Notes under the pieces: generated by a model
Told to the model about the DNA's origin: nothing
Seen by the model: the letters and a program-made list of their open reading frames with translations, nothing else
Databases searched by the model: none
Shown: positions 26,849-43,589 of the stretch, piece after piece
How positions within the stretch are numbered: position 1 is the first letter of the stretch
Layout: the number at the start of each line of letters is the position of its first letter
Translations under genes and position numbers: made by a program
Assembly (NCBI RefSeq): GCF_009914755.1
Contig: NC_060932.1
DNA length: 64,000 bases
Source of the DNA: the human T2T-CHM13v2.0 reference genome, Homo sapiens
Direction: 5' to 3' (one strand)

Positions 26849-29800
26849 GTTTCATGGAGTTTCTAGAATTTCCTAGACAACTACTAAATTAGTATTTCTA
26901 GGGCAGGTTCACAATGATCATTTCCAAAACTTCTACAGGACAATCTAATGTGCCCTGATGCTTAGGAACCATCGCTTTAAAACAGCAATTCTCAACTCTT
27001 TAAGGGCAAAAATACCTTTTCGTAACATTTTGCAATGCCTTCTTTATTATCCTACAGTGAAATCCATCAACAATATAACTGCCTAAATATAAAATTCAAA
27101 ATAATCCATATAATGCCCTAAATATCACAAAGGGGAAATAAAATTAAAATGATTTTCATTACATAAATGCTCAGGTTAGTCAGACACTTGCTTGTACCTA
27201 AAGGAGAATCATGCTGAAAGCAAGGTTCGAGTGTGGACAGATACAGCGGTATTGAAATGGTGATGCGGGAGCATGAGCGCTGCTTTCTTGGATGTGATAC
27301 TTTGAAATAGTAAACAACTTTTAGTAAATTTGCAAACAAAACAAAGTATAATCTTCTCTCGATTTACATGGTAGTTACAGTCCTAGAAAACTCACTGATA
27401 CTTAAAACCATTTAAGTAAAAAACCTTTTATTGACATATCCTAAGGCCGGATCATTAGAAACATATTTTTCTCCTACATGAATGTCCAACAGGACATTCG
27501 AGGCCATACAGAATGTAGAATAGTTCTTCCTGGTGTGGTACTATCCCAGGGACTAAAACTTGTCTAGCATGCCTCATCACCACCTATTAAAGGCTAGTAG
27601 CCACCTAGCCCTCCATCCCCAATCACTGTGATAACTAAAAATATACCCAACCATTCAACCTCCCCAAACAATATGAATAGAGGTACCTGTGTCAGGCTAT
27701 AGTATTATTTTCCCTTGTGACACTATCATACATGATAGTGACTCCAGAATCTCTGCGTGATTCTACCTATACTTATAATATTTTCAAAAGCAAATATTTA
27801 CATAAATTCTACCATAACAGAAATTGCTGGTGAAATTCTACATGAATGGAATGACAGTTTCACAGATATGAGAAACCTTCTTCAGAAATCCTTGAAAAAA
27901 CAAATGTAAACTACTTTTTTTAACAATCAAATTGCATTTTCCTGTTGACATATTTCAATTTCAGAATTATCTTCTCACTATTAGTATTCAATTGGCAGTG
28001 GTTCCTAAGCAGTTCAGCTCTGCATGTCAGTAAAATATATCAAACTACAGTTTAAATGTATTAAATGATTCCAAAATGCATCCTTTTAGTGTTAAAATGG
28101 TTTATAAACATCTCAAGTAAATTACCTTTTAAAACACAATGGTTCTCGAGCCTGTATGTGCATGACAACAAACACTAGGGGAGATGCTTAAAATGTAGAG
28201 ATGCTTGGGTCATCCCTTGCCCACAGATTCTAACTGCATAGGCATGGGTTAAGTAGAGCCTAGGAAGCTTTATTATTTCTTAAAAGGTCTACAGGAGATC
28301 CTCATGCTGGCAGAGGCAGATCTAGTTTTGTGGGTCCTGAAACCTACACACAACTGGGCAGGTGGTCACGGGGAGTCTCTTTAAGAAAAAGAACAAAAAA
28401 ATGGCAGGTTTCTGGGAGCCTTGGGAATGCTTCCTGCATTGGCTTCATAGAAAATCCATCTCTGGATGCTACTTGGGGTTGCAAAGTGTGACATAATGAA
28501 ACTCACAACTGGAACACATGGGCAAAAGTATAAAGTCATACACTATGTATGCAGAGGCCATAAGCCCAGCGTTCACGGGCTTCAGGAGATAATATAAATG
28601 AGTAAGGCAGGCAAGGTATGAGAACACAGGAGGGAGTGGTGACCAAGTACCTGTGCTCTGAAGGCACCAGCACTATTTCATGTCAATGCCAAGGCACACT
28701 CAGTGTTGGCATTCCTCAAATTCAGCAACAGAAGCTTCAAGTCTGGATTTTTACATGAAATCTCCCAGTTTTTAAAAGTTAGCTCAATATTTTAATAAAA
28801 CATTGGTTAGACCAAATAAATCATAAGTTAAAAATGCCAGTATGTCACTTCTGCTTTATAGAAGGGAAAAGATATTTCCTACCTAAAAATAAAACTGAAG
28901 AGTAGATAGTTTATTCAAGGATCCATGAAGGGAGACTGCTAAAAACATACTTTGTGAGTCAGTTCATACACCTGACAATGAAAAAACGGTTTGTTCAGGG
29001 ATTCTGCAACATCTCAAGGACCTAAAGTTTACTCTAACACGTCCTAACGGAACCCAAAGAGTTCTGTAAGTCAATAAAAGGCAAGCTCTCCAATATAAAA
29101 CTCGTGAACAGGAAAATCTTTCAAAATGAATCATAAATGGCTAATAAGCACATGAAAAAAGTTTGACCTCAATTACATCTGGTGCAGCAAGTCTGTGGAG
29201 ATTAAAGTTCTCAGTTCTAATTATGACATTCTGAGAACACAGGAATAAACTAAACGGAAGTGCTTTTCCTATTCTCTCACTCAACCTACACAGAAGACTT
29301 CTGTGACCAAATGTTTTCCCCACAAACCGAGCAAGCAATCAATTCTGCAGGATACACCACCTGGGTGTCCTGTAATTCAATTCAACTGCAATACTATCTA
29401 ACTCGAGACAGTATTAGATCCCACGGGTTGGGGACTCAGTCTCCAAGACTGCCCCTTCCCTTCAGATGCCCATCTAAAGCCGTAGGTTGTTTCACCTGCG
29501 CTTCTGACTGGCTATAAATCAGGATTCTCACAGCCCCCTCCTTGGGTTCGATTAATCTGCTAAATCAGCTCACAGAACACAGGGAACCACTTATGTTTAC
29601 CAACTTCTGATAAAGGCTGTTACAAAGGATACAGATAAAGGGATGCATGGGGCAAGGCATGTGGGAGGGGGCAGAGAGTTCCATGCCCTCTCTGGACACA
29701 CCGCCGTCCTGGAACCTCCATGTGTTCGTCTTTCAGGGAGCTCTGCAAACCCTGTCCTTTTGGGTTTTTATGGAGGCCTCATTAGTAAGCATGATTCACT

Positions 29801-29892
29801 CAATCATTGGCTATTGGTGATTTCCTTAAACTTCACCCCTCTCCCCTCCCCAGAGGTTAGGGGATGGGACTGAAAGTCTCAACCCTCTAATC

Positions 29893-30101
29893 CAGGGGTG
29901 TCCAATCTCTTGGCTTCCCTGGGCCACACTGGAAGAACTGTCTTGGGCCACAGATAAAATACACTAACACTACCAACAGCTGATGAGCTTTGAAAAAAAA
30001 ACCTCATAATGTTTTAAGAAAGTTTAAAAATTTGTGTTGTGCCACATTCAAAGCTGTCCTGGGCTGCATGTGGCCCATGGGCTGTGGGTTGCATAAGCTT
30101 G
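29893..30101 (+). mobile_element. MER30 hAT-Charlie MITE with 8-bp TSD ctctaa(t/g)c
   Basis: caggggtgtccaatct...ggttgcataagcttg; TSD at 29885-29892 and 30102-30109. Confidence 0.85.
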
Positions 30102-30242
30102 CTCTAAGCTTGGACAAGGTAGCCCCATTCTAAAGCCACATAAGGGTTGCCAGGCATCAGTTAATTCATTAGCATACAAAAAGACATACCACTTTGAAAA
30201 TCCTAGAAATTTTAAGAGGAAACTCAGAGGGAAGACCAAATA

Positions 30243-30573
30243 TAGTCATGTGCCACATAATGACATCTGGCTCACCAATGACCACATACAGGACGCTGAT
30301 CCATAAGATTATAATGCCATATTTTCACTGTACCTTTTCTATGTTTAGACATACAAAGACCACTGTGTTACAATTGCCCACAGTATTCAATACAGTAATA
30401 TGCTGTGTAGGTTCGTGGCCTAGAAAAAACAGGCTAAGCCATAGAGCCTAGGTGTGCAGTAGGTATACTATCTAGGTTTGCGTAAGTACATTTTATGATG
30501 TTTGCACAAAGATGAAATCGCTTTATGACACATTTCTCAGAATGTGTCCCTTTCTTTAGATGACACATGGCTG
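30243..30573. mobile_element. Tigger3a (MER7A)
   Basis: TA|tagtcatgtgccacataatgac ... gacacatggctg|TA. Confidence 0.8.
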
Positions 30574-31964
30574 TATATACTTCACAGTGTTAGATGTGAT
30601 GTCCACTGCTGTTCCAAAGCTGATTTGATCCTACTCTCAAAAAAGTCAAATCCTGCTCCTCAGCTTTTCAACAGCTACTTTAAATATATATATATACATA
30701 TATGTGTGTGTTTTATATATATATACATATATTAAACACCAATCTAAAAAAATAGATCTTGTAGACAAAAACACTGAACAGACAGTAGAAATATGCTTTT
30801 CAGTATGCTCTCCTGGTTGATTTCTGCAACACTTCTTAGTTATCTTAGTATATAAAACACCAAGTAATTCCAAAGAAGTAGTTAAGGCTACCAGCATACA
30901 GCCCATTCTACAGATACGTGGGCCAGTGTGGAATAAGGTGGAACCTCTAACTTACTATACCAAAAACCCTAGCCAAAGAGAAAGTTATAGTCACTTCCTG
31001 GCCCACTTTGTCAAGCCAAAACAGACCATTGGAAACTACTGCGTATCAAGCAGAGGCTGTGGTGCAGCTAAAATAATGGAGAACATATGGTCAGTTTAAT
31101 AACGGCCAAGGAATAGTGAGCAAGTCTAACACATACTTGTTATTATACTGTAAAATCATTTTTCTGCTTTCCATAATGGGTGGGAAGGAGGCTGGAGAGT
31201 GGAAAGAAAGGAGCAAAATAAATAAAAATGGCCAAACATAGAAGATTTTCTAAAGGACTAGCCACAAAATTATAAACCAACTTCTATCCGTGGTGAAAAC
31301 AAGAAAATAAATCAACAGAAAACCTGAGAATTAGTAGATTTGTCATTTCTTCCTTTGTTTATTTGTGGTATTCTATCCCAGCCCACATTTTTCCTAAAGC
31401 AATAACTCGTAGGTTTCCTGGGTCCTGCAGCCAGATGCAAAGATCTGAATAGGCATGAGTAGGGGCTGAGCTGCCATGCTACTTTTTTCTTGTCTTGCTC
31501 TCCAGGAATTCTGTGTGTATGGTGAGGCGTCTACCTAAAGCAGACGCTCAACATTCACCCAACACATTCTATCTGTTATTCAGAATTATTCAGCTTCTTC
31601 TTTGCACTAAAAAGAAAAAATAACTAACTCAAAATGGGCCACAGACATAAAGGTAAGAGTTACAACTATAAAACATGGAAGGAAATACAGGACTAAGTTT
31701 TCTTCACTTAGGCAATGGTTTCTAAGACATGACATGGGAAGTACAAGCAACAAAATAAGAGATATAGATAACTGGACTTCACCAAAATTAAAACCTTTTG
31801 TACTATAAATGATGACTATGAAGAAAGTGAAAACATAACGAATACAATAGAAGACAGTATCCAGAGTCATACAATTAAGAAGGGGCTTGTATACAGATTA
31901 TAGAAAGAGTGCTTTCAACTCAATCATAAACAGACAAATAAGCCAATTAAAAAACACAGCTGGG

Positions 31965-32185
31965 CCCTGTGGCCAGGAGTTTGAGACCTGCCGGGGCAGC
32001 ACAGCCAAACCCCATCTCTACAAAACATTTAAAAATACAAAAGTCAGCCGGGCATGGTGGCGTACACCTGTGGTTTCAGCTACTCAAGAGGCTGAGGTGG
32101 GAGGCTCACTTGAGCCCAGGAGTTCAAGGCTGCAGTGAGCTATGCTATGATTGTGCTACCACACTTCCAGGCAACTATCTCTAAA
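31965..32185 (+). mobile_element. AluJ, partial
   Basis: ggccaggagtttgagacc...tgagcccaggagttcaaggctgcagtgagctatg. Confidence 0.85.
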
Positions 32186-32187
32186 AG

Positions 32188-32219
<32 letters not shown>

Positions 32220-32306
32220 TATACATATAATAAAAATTCTCTAATTTTTTGGAAAAATGTTAAAAAATGGGCAAAGAATCTGAATAGACATTTCTCTAAA
32301 GATATA

Positions 32307-33293
32307 CAGGTTGAGCATCCCTAACCAAAAATCTAAAATTCAAAATGCTCCAAAATCTGAAACGTTGGAGTGCCAACGTAACACAAGCGGATGATGACAT
32401 TAATTAACACTGCAAAAAAGTGCCCATAGACAACATGATGAAAATGTGTGATGGGTTTATTCAAGGACTACAGCAGGGTACATTCATAATAGAACAAGAA
32501 ATCATGCCAGTTTATAAAATTCGAGAGAGAAGTCGAAGTCAAAAACTACTGTTAACGAGGAAGATGACTGGAGGACGCATTTAAAAAGCCATCCAGCAGA
32601 AAGCCTCCTCATCCTTAGAGGACTCACTTCCAGGTCCCTCAACTGCTACTGGTGTTTCTGCTCAACTCAAAAAACAAAACCACGTACAGTGAATTCTTAT
32701 CTTTTTAAAAAAATTTTCTTTCTTTTCTATAACCTCATTTTAGAAATGATAGAGTTTTTAATCAAAACACAGCATGGCAGAGGAAGACGGAAAGCCTACC
32801 GTTGTTTGTTCCTGCCACTGTCCAGGAACTAACATAGGTATTCTGGTGATGCTACTGTACTGCTTAGCTATCCTGAACACATTTATTTTTTCACCATATT
32901 AATGGTATGTTGTTTTTTTTTTTTACTGTTAAATATGTATGTGTGAATCAGTGTTAGAAAATGATCGCTTCTTAGAAGAATATACATTCAGAGGCAGGAA
33001 TGAGGGTGATGCCACACAACCACAGACTGTCCACATGGGTGGCTGAGATAGTGACCTCTGCATTCTGATGATTCAGCATACATGAACTTTCTTTCATGCA
33101 CAAAATTATTTATAATTTATAATTATATAATTATAATCATAATTATAAAACAAATGAATTTCATGTTTAGACTTGGGTGTCATCCTCAAGATATCTCATT
33201 ATGTATATGAAAATATTCCAAAATTCAACAAAACCCAAAAAATCCAAAATCTGAACTCCTTCTGGTCCTAAGCATGATGGGATATTTAAGCTG
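32307..33293 (+). mobile_element. Tigger4 (Zombi), internally deleted
   Basis: TA|caggttgagcatccctaa...gggatatttaagctg|TA; L1 resumes on both sides (gatata|caata). Confidence 0.8.
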
Positions 33294-33462
33294 TACAATA
33301 AACCATAAGCACAGGAAAAGATGCTCAATGTCATTAGTCATTACAAAAATGCAACACAAAACCACAATGAGATACTACTTCATATCTCCTAGGATAATTA
33401 TAATTTAAAAAGAAAGACAGAGAATAACAAGTGTTGGCAAGAGTGTGGAGAAACTGGAACCC

Positions 33463-34678
<1,216 letters not shown>

Positions 34679-34899
34679 CCCTCATACACTACTGGTGGGA
34701 ATATAAAATTGTACAACTGTTGTGGAAAACAATTTAGAAGTTCCTCAAAAGGTTTAATGTAGAATCGCCATTCAACTCGGCAATTCTACTTCTAGCTGTA
34801 TACCCAAAAGAAATGAAAACCTACATCCACTCAAAAACTTGTACAACAGTTCTCCTAACAGCATTACTCACACAAGCCAAAAAGGAAAAGCAACCCAAA

Positions 34900-35256
34900 T
34901 GTATGGTTTGGCTGTGTCTCCACCCAAATCTCACCTGGAATTGTAATAATCCCCACGTGTCAAGGGCGGCGCCAGGTGGAGATAATGGAATCATGCGGGC
35001 AGTTTCCCCCATACTGTTCTCATGATAGCAAATAAGTCTCATGAGATCTGATGGTTTTATAAATGGGAATTTCTCTGCACAAGCTCCCTCTTGCCAGCTG
35101 CCATGTAAGACATCCCTTTGCTCTTCCTTCGTCTTCCACCATGATTGTGAGGCCTCTCCAGCCATGTGGAACTGTGAGTCCATTAAACCTCTTTCCTTTA
35201 TAAATTACCCAGTCTCAGGTGTGTCTTTATTAGCAGCGTGAGAACAGACTAATGTA
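34900..35256 (+). mobile_element. THE1 solo LTR (THE1C-like)
   Basis: tgtatggtttggctgtgtctccacccaaatctc...cattaaacctctttcc...gcagcgtgagaacagactaat. Confidence 0.88.
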
Positions 35257-35456
35257 TTAAATTTCCCTCAAATGGTGAACAGATAAAATGTGTACCATCC
35301 ATATAATCGACTATTATTCCACACAAAAAAGTAGTGGTAAATTTTACAGCAAAACTAGTCATAACAATGATTCCATTTATATGAAGTGTCCAGAATAAGA
35401 AAATCTCTAGAGATAAAAAGCAAATTAGTGGTTGCCTAGAATGACAGTCAGTGGGT

Positions 35457-35775
35457 GTTCTCTCTCTCTTTCTTCCTTCCTTCCTTTTTTTCTTTTTATC
35501 TTTCTCTTTTTCTTTCCTTCCTTCCTTGTTTCTTTCTTTCTTTCCTTCCTTCCTTGTTTCTTTCTTTGTTTCCTTCCTTCCTTCTTTCTCTTTCTCTCTC
35601 TCTCTCCCTTCCTCTCCTCTCTTCTGCCTTTTATCCTTTCCTCTCCTTTCCTCTTCCTCTTGCTCAAGACAAGGTCTCACTATGTTGCCCAGACTGGACT
35701 TGAACTCCTGGGCTCAAACAGTCCTCCCACCTCCAGCCTCCCAAGCAGCTGGAACTACAGGAAGGAGCCACCAAC
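35457..35775 (-). repeat. About 200-bp CT-rich (TTTC/TTCC) tract, the expanded tail of an antisense Alu monomer (35665-35775)
   Basis: Direct reading; agacaaggtctcactatgttgcccagactgg follows the tract. Confidence 0.85.
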
Positions 35776-35944
35776 AAGTCTTTTGTTTTTAAGATGATGA
35801 AAATGTTCTAAAGTGGCCTGTGGTGATGGATGATGCACAATTCTTTGAACGTACTAAAAATCCACTGAATTTTACACATTAAATGGATGAATTGTATGGT
35901 TTACAAATTGTATCTCAATAAAGTTATTTTTTAAAGTATTCAGC

Positions 35945-38010
<2,066 letters not shown>

Positions 38011-40264
38011 ACACACAATGTCAATAGTCAAACTGTTGCGAAACCCTGATCTAGTTAATTTTGCTGAAAAGAACCACATTATACTGCAAGGAGTCATGTA
38101 TCTACATATGATTCACTTTACCTTTAAAAAAAAAACAGGTAATTTTTAAAAAACTGACATGAGACACTTCTTAAAATCATATGCTACAGCATCCATTCAC
38201 ATCTAAGTCCAGCAAGCACCTTAGTTATTCATACTTATGACCATAAATCATCATAAAGAGAAAATTTGCTTAGACAATACAAGTTAGAATGAGCTCCAAC
38301 TAAAAGAAAATTAACATTTTAACAAAATTTTGGTATGTCTTTCAGAGGCTTTCAAGCAACTAAGCTCTCACTACACAATCACTCTAGAACCTTAAAATTA
38401 TAACACATTTCCTATGGCTTCCCCACTAGTGCCACCCGACTCTTTTCTTTTAATGATGGGCTCTGAACAGTTCAGGTGACGGCAGCAGGGAGGCAATGTG
38501 AAAACAGTTCTCCTCCTTCCTCCGTTAGTCATCAGGTACCTTCTCCAACAGAAGAGTCCCCGAAGGCCTCCCTCAGAGCCTGTTTACTCTGATAGTGGTT
38601 GCCTTTCTAACACAGCACATTTATAGCATATTTCAAGGGAGTGGGGTGATGTGACTTTTACGTCTTTCCAATCTGAGAGTTGGTTTTCCTACAGGAACAG
38701 ATGATGTCACATTTCACACATGATTCAGAGCAGAGGAGCCTGGATCATGGTCTCAAACCTACCAATGAGTTTGGGCAAATTAATTCATTCTCTTGAGTCC
38801 TCAGTTTCCACATCTATAAAAGGCAAAGGTGACTTCTACTATTTCTTCCAACATAAAGATTCTGCTACTTTAATACATAAGCGGTTTCCTAACAGCTAAA
38901 CACTGATTGGGTACCACGTGCCAAACCCTGAGCTGTGTATTTACAATCTCATTCGATTTCCAGTACAACTCTATGAAGAAGTTACTACCATTTTCCCTAT
39001 TTTACAGATGAAGAAACTGAGGAGGCTCAGTGTTGTCCACAGGCACCTGTCGTAGGCTGGGACCCAGGCTCTGCTGCAGCTGCCATCAGCACTTTGCATT
39101 CAGTAAAGTGGGAGGAACAAGATACAGCTTTATGCCAGCCCACAGACAGCTGTGAGAAGTAATTACAGTCAGAGAGTTTCAAAAACACACACAAACTCTA
39201 AAAAGCAAGTTTAGGACAATTTATGAAGTTCTACAATTCTCCACGCAACTGAATAACCCATGAAGATACCTATCTTACCTCATTACATCAAATAACTTCC
39301 AATTACTGGCATGCTGTGCCTACTAAGAGGACTGCACTAAAGCTGAGACTTCTCATGGGCTATGAGAGAGACTGGATTTTTAATCGGATTCTAAATCATC
39401 TCAGCTATGTGCCTTTAGTCATGTTCTTTAATACCTCTGAAGCTCATTTTCCTCACCTACTTATTTTTAAAAGTCTGTAAACTCTTCAACTTGCCTTAGG
39501 AGGCCCTACATGATATGGCCCTTTTCTAAATGGTAATCTTTCTGAACTTATCTCTCAGTGATGATGTCTGCAGACTAACCAGGCTAGTCTTCCCCAGTTC
39601 GTCAAACAATTTGTATTTCCTGCTCATGCCATTTCTGCAATTTGAAATGCTCTCCCCACAAAACTCTAATATTCAGAATTCTAGTCATCCTTCAAGACCA
39701 AGTTCAACTTCCACCTCCTCCATGAAGTTATCACCAGACAAACTAAATGTGATCATTCTTCCTTGCTAGTCACTTGGAGACATATTGTTTCTTCTTAGCT
39801 AAAGAATAAGAAACTTATGAGTAAGAACCATGTCTTCCACGTCTTTGCACCTTCAATGTGCCCAACGCAAGTAACCTGCACATAGGTGCTCATTAAATGT
39901 ATTTGTTCAACAACGCATGCATCCTGTCACACCTACAGCATAACATCACACCAGGAGCAACTACTACCAACCATTTTTACCAAGGCAAATAAGAAACAAA
40001 AGGTTTAAGGTGTCATTTTGGTTTGCCTCGGCTATGATATATCTGAGCTGCTGATACAGGGAAAACTACTCAAAACCCACGAGTAAGGAAGAACCAAACT
40101 CACTCACCAAATAAGGCAGAGAACTATGTAGACATTTGGTATTATCTCTATATAGTTAAGGAAAAATCAGTTTTATTATAGCCAAAAAAAAAAAGCTTAA
40201 TTAGCAAAAAAATCACAGTGTCACATTCAAAGTTATGTCTATGCCAAGGAGTTTTATTTTTTAA

Positions 40265-40564
<300 letters not shown>

Positions 40565-41057
40565 AATGCCAAAGAGTTTTCAAAAGTCTGGGGATAACTA
40601 TAATCAGTACCCTGTTAGGGAAAGAGTAAACAGATGATTAGGTACCTCAAACTTCAAGCCCAGAATAGTTAGGTACTTATGATGCATGACAAACAGCATA
40701 AATGGCTACAATACATGTTAAGTATAAGAGATATACTACGAAACACATTCTCCTCTAAATTAGGACACTGTGATAAAAGCCAAATGATTTTTAAAAATAA
40801 TTTAGCTGTTTTTTTTACTGTATCTAAGAGTCCCCAGCTATTAAGATATCTAATAAATATTCACTTTTTAAGCTAAAAGAAGTTATTATATGGCTGTGCA
40901 TACACTGCCTTCTTGGTATCCTCAAATATTCTGGAGTTATTAAATAATCCCATCTAACATGTGAGTCAAAAATGTGTAGTTCATACCTGGGTTTCTTCAG
41001 CTGAGCAACAGCTGTATGTATTAAGTCAGATTCTTGGTCTTCCCAAAACAAAAATAA

Positions 41058-41457
<400 letters not shown>

Positions 41458-42190
41458 TAAGTCACTATAATCCCATTTTACAGATGAGAAAACTGAGCCG
41501 CAAATAAGTTGGATAGCTTTGCAAGGTCACACAGTTTATAAGTTCAAGGCCAGGTTCAAACTCAAGAAGTCTAGATCCAGAACTCAGAGAATATTAACCA
41601 CATGCAATAGCCTTTTCCAATCTAATTCTCAAGATATGCTAATATCCCCTTTATCATCGGTTTTCCATAAAATTACACGTTTTGAAATTCAATACAAAGC
41701 TATTTGCATTTTTATCTTGTACCTCCTTCTAGGAAAATGCCTTCAAAAAAGTATTGCATTAACAGGATGAGCTCTGCGGTCAGGCAAACTTGCCTTATAC
41801 TCCTGGCTCTGCTGTGTGAGTGATTGTGACTGGGAGAAGATTACTTCAGATCCCTCATCTGGAAAATGGGGATAATGGTACCAACTTATAAGGTGATTGT
41901 GATGATTAGCATAGTGCCTCACCACACAGTAAGTAATCTAGTAGGTTAATTATTACTGTAATTAGCACTAGTAATAGTTCTATTTGTTCTAAATTTACCT
42001 GTTTCAAAGTGAAAAATGTTGCTTCTAGTTCCAGAAGACTAAATTTGATAACTAGATTAGGCCAATACTAAAAAGTATTAAAAATAAACAAGAGCTACAA
42101 TAACCTCCAAAGTAAAGACTGCAGTGGCTGAAAATCATTGTGGAAATGTTTCCTAATAATATATTTTGTTAGTGAAAAACAAGCACCAAG

Positions 42191-42508
42191 GGCTAGGCAC
42201 AGTGGCTCACATCTGTAAACTCAGTGTTTTGTGGGGCCGAGGCAGGAGGATGGCTTGAGGCCAGGAGTTTGAGACCAGCCTAGGTAGCATAGCCAGACCC
42301 TGTCTCTTAAAAAAAAAAAAAAAAGAAAAAAAGTATTTTTTTAATTAGTCAGGTGTGGTGGCATATGCCTGTAGTCCCAGCTAGTTGGGAGGCTGAGGCA
42401 GAAGGATCATTTGAGCCTGGAGGTCAAGGCTGCAGTAAGCTAGGATGGTGCCACTGCATGCCAGCTTGGATGACAGAGCAAGACTTTGTCTCAAAAAAAA
42501 AAAAAAAA
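42191..42508 (+). mobile_element. AluJ
   Basis: Full sense Alu about 330 bp from the PSD3 exon donor. Confidence 0.9.
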
Positions 42509-42833
42509 CCACCAAAAATACATTAGTCAATATATATAACAATGGTAACTATGGAAAACTCTTATGAAAACTGGTTAATTCTTGGAATTTCAAATATCAG
42601 AAGCTGAGAATTCTTCAAACCAAGAACATGACTTGAAATTACCAAGAATAGGCCACAAGAATTACATGAAATATTTGCGGATTCTACATCTTGGGAAGAT
42701 TGTTTTGATGAATAATTAGGGAAAGCAGGTTTCACAGAGGGAAGAAGAAAGTAATGCAGGTGGAGAAAAATCACTTTGAAATCACAGCTCTTCATATAGT
42801 TTACCTGGGAGAGGGATATGAGGAAATACTTAC

Positions 42834-42942
42834 TAGTATCTGGAGCTTTCCCTTCAGATCTGCCAAATAAAAATTCATATTTGGCCTTGGCAACACTCTG
42901 GGAATGTGCAGATGCATTGTTCACCCAAACAAATGTCTCTGC
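42834..42942 (-). CDS. PSD3: PSD3 (pleckstrin and Sec7 domain containing 3 / EFA6R) internal coding exon, probably exon 2 of the long isoform; 109 bp, phase 0 start, phase 1 end
   Basis: Minus strand reads polypyrimidine tract ...tttgttttgttcttattttgcag|GCAGAGACATTT...GATACTA|gtaagta. Translation is AETFVWVNNASAHSQSVAKAKYEFLFGRSEGKAPDT(S), matching the recalled human PSD3 N-terminus MEGRSAAAETFVWVNNASAHSQSVAKAKYEFLFGRSEGKAPDTSDHG. 36 codons + 1 nt. Confidence 0.93.
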
Positions 42943-43281
42943 CTGCAAAATAAGAACAAAACAAAGACACATTTAAAATACATCATAAAAAAACACATCA
43001 TAAAACAAATTATCCAACATGAGATTGGTAAAATAATTATGACATATGTACTCAAAGCTATCTAACCATTCAAAATGAAACATGAAAAGTGTAACATGAA
43101 AAGAATCAGAATACAAACTATCACTGCATGATTATAGCTATATAAAAAATGTATACATATAAACATCTATAGGGAAGTCAGAGGAAAATAAAAAGGATGG
43201 CTTGATTGGGAGGCTGAATTATGGTCGGTTTTTAAAAAATTAACTTAATGTAACTTTTCTGCAATTAGAAAACTATATTTT

Positions 43282-43589
<308 letters not shown>

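Larger units (their letters stand above)
29224..30592 (-). mobile_element. MER21-family LTR interrupted by MER30 and Tigger3a
   Basis: cacagaagacttctgtgacc, aagcaatcaattctgcag, ttttatggaggc, gaagaccaaata...cttcacagt; same motifs as the copy at 33463-34678. Confidence 0.75.

Noticed and set aside
35249-35797. Lys/Glu/Arg-rich and Phe/Leu/Ser-rich ORFs
   Set aside because: Translation of a CT-rich simple repeat plus Alu.
42562-42972. 136-aa ORF as a single-exon gene
   Set aside because: Only 42834-42942 is exonic; the rest is intronic read-through past consensus splice sites.
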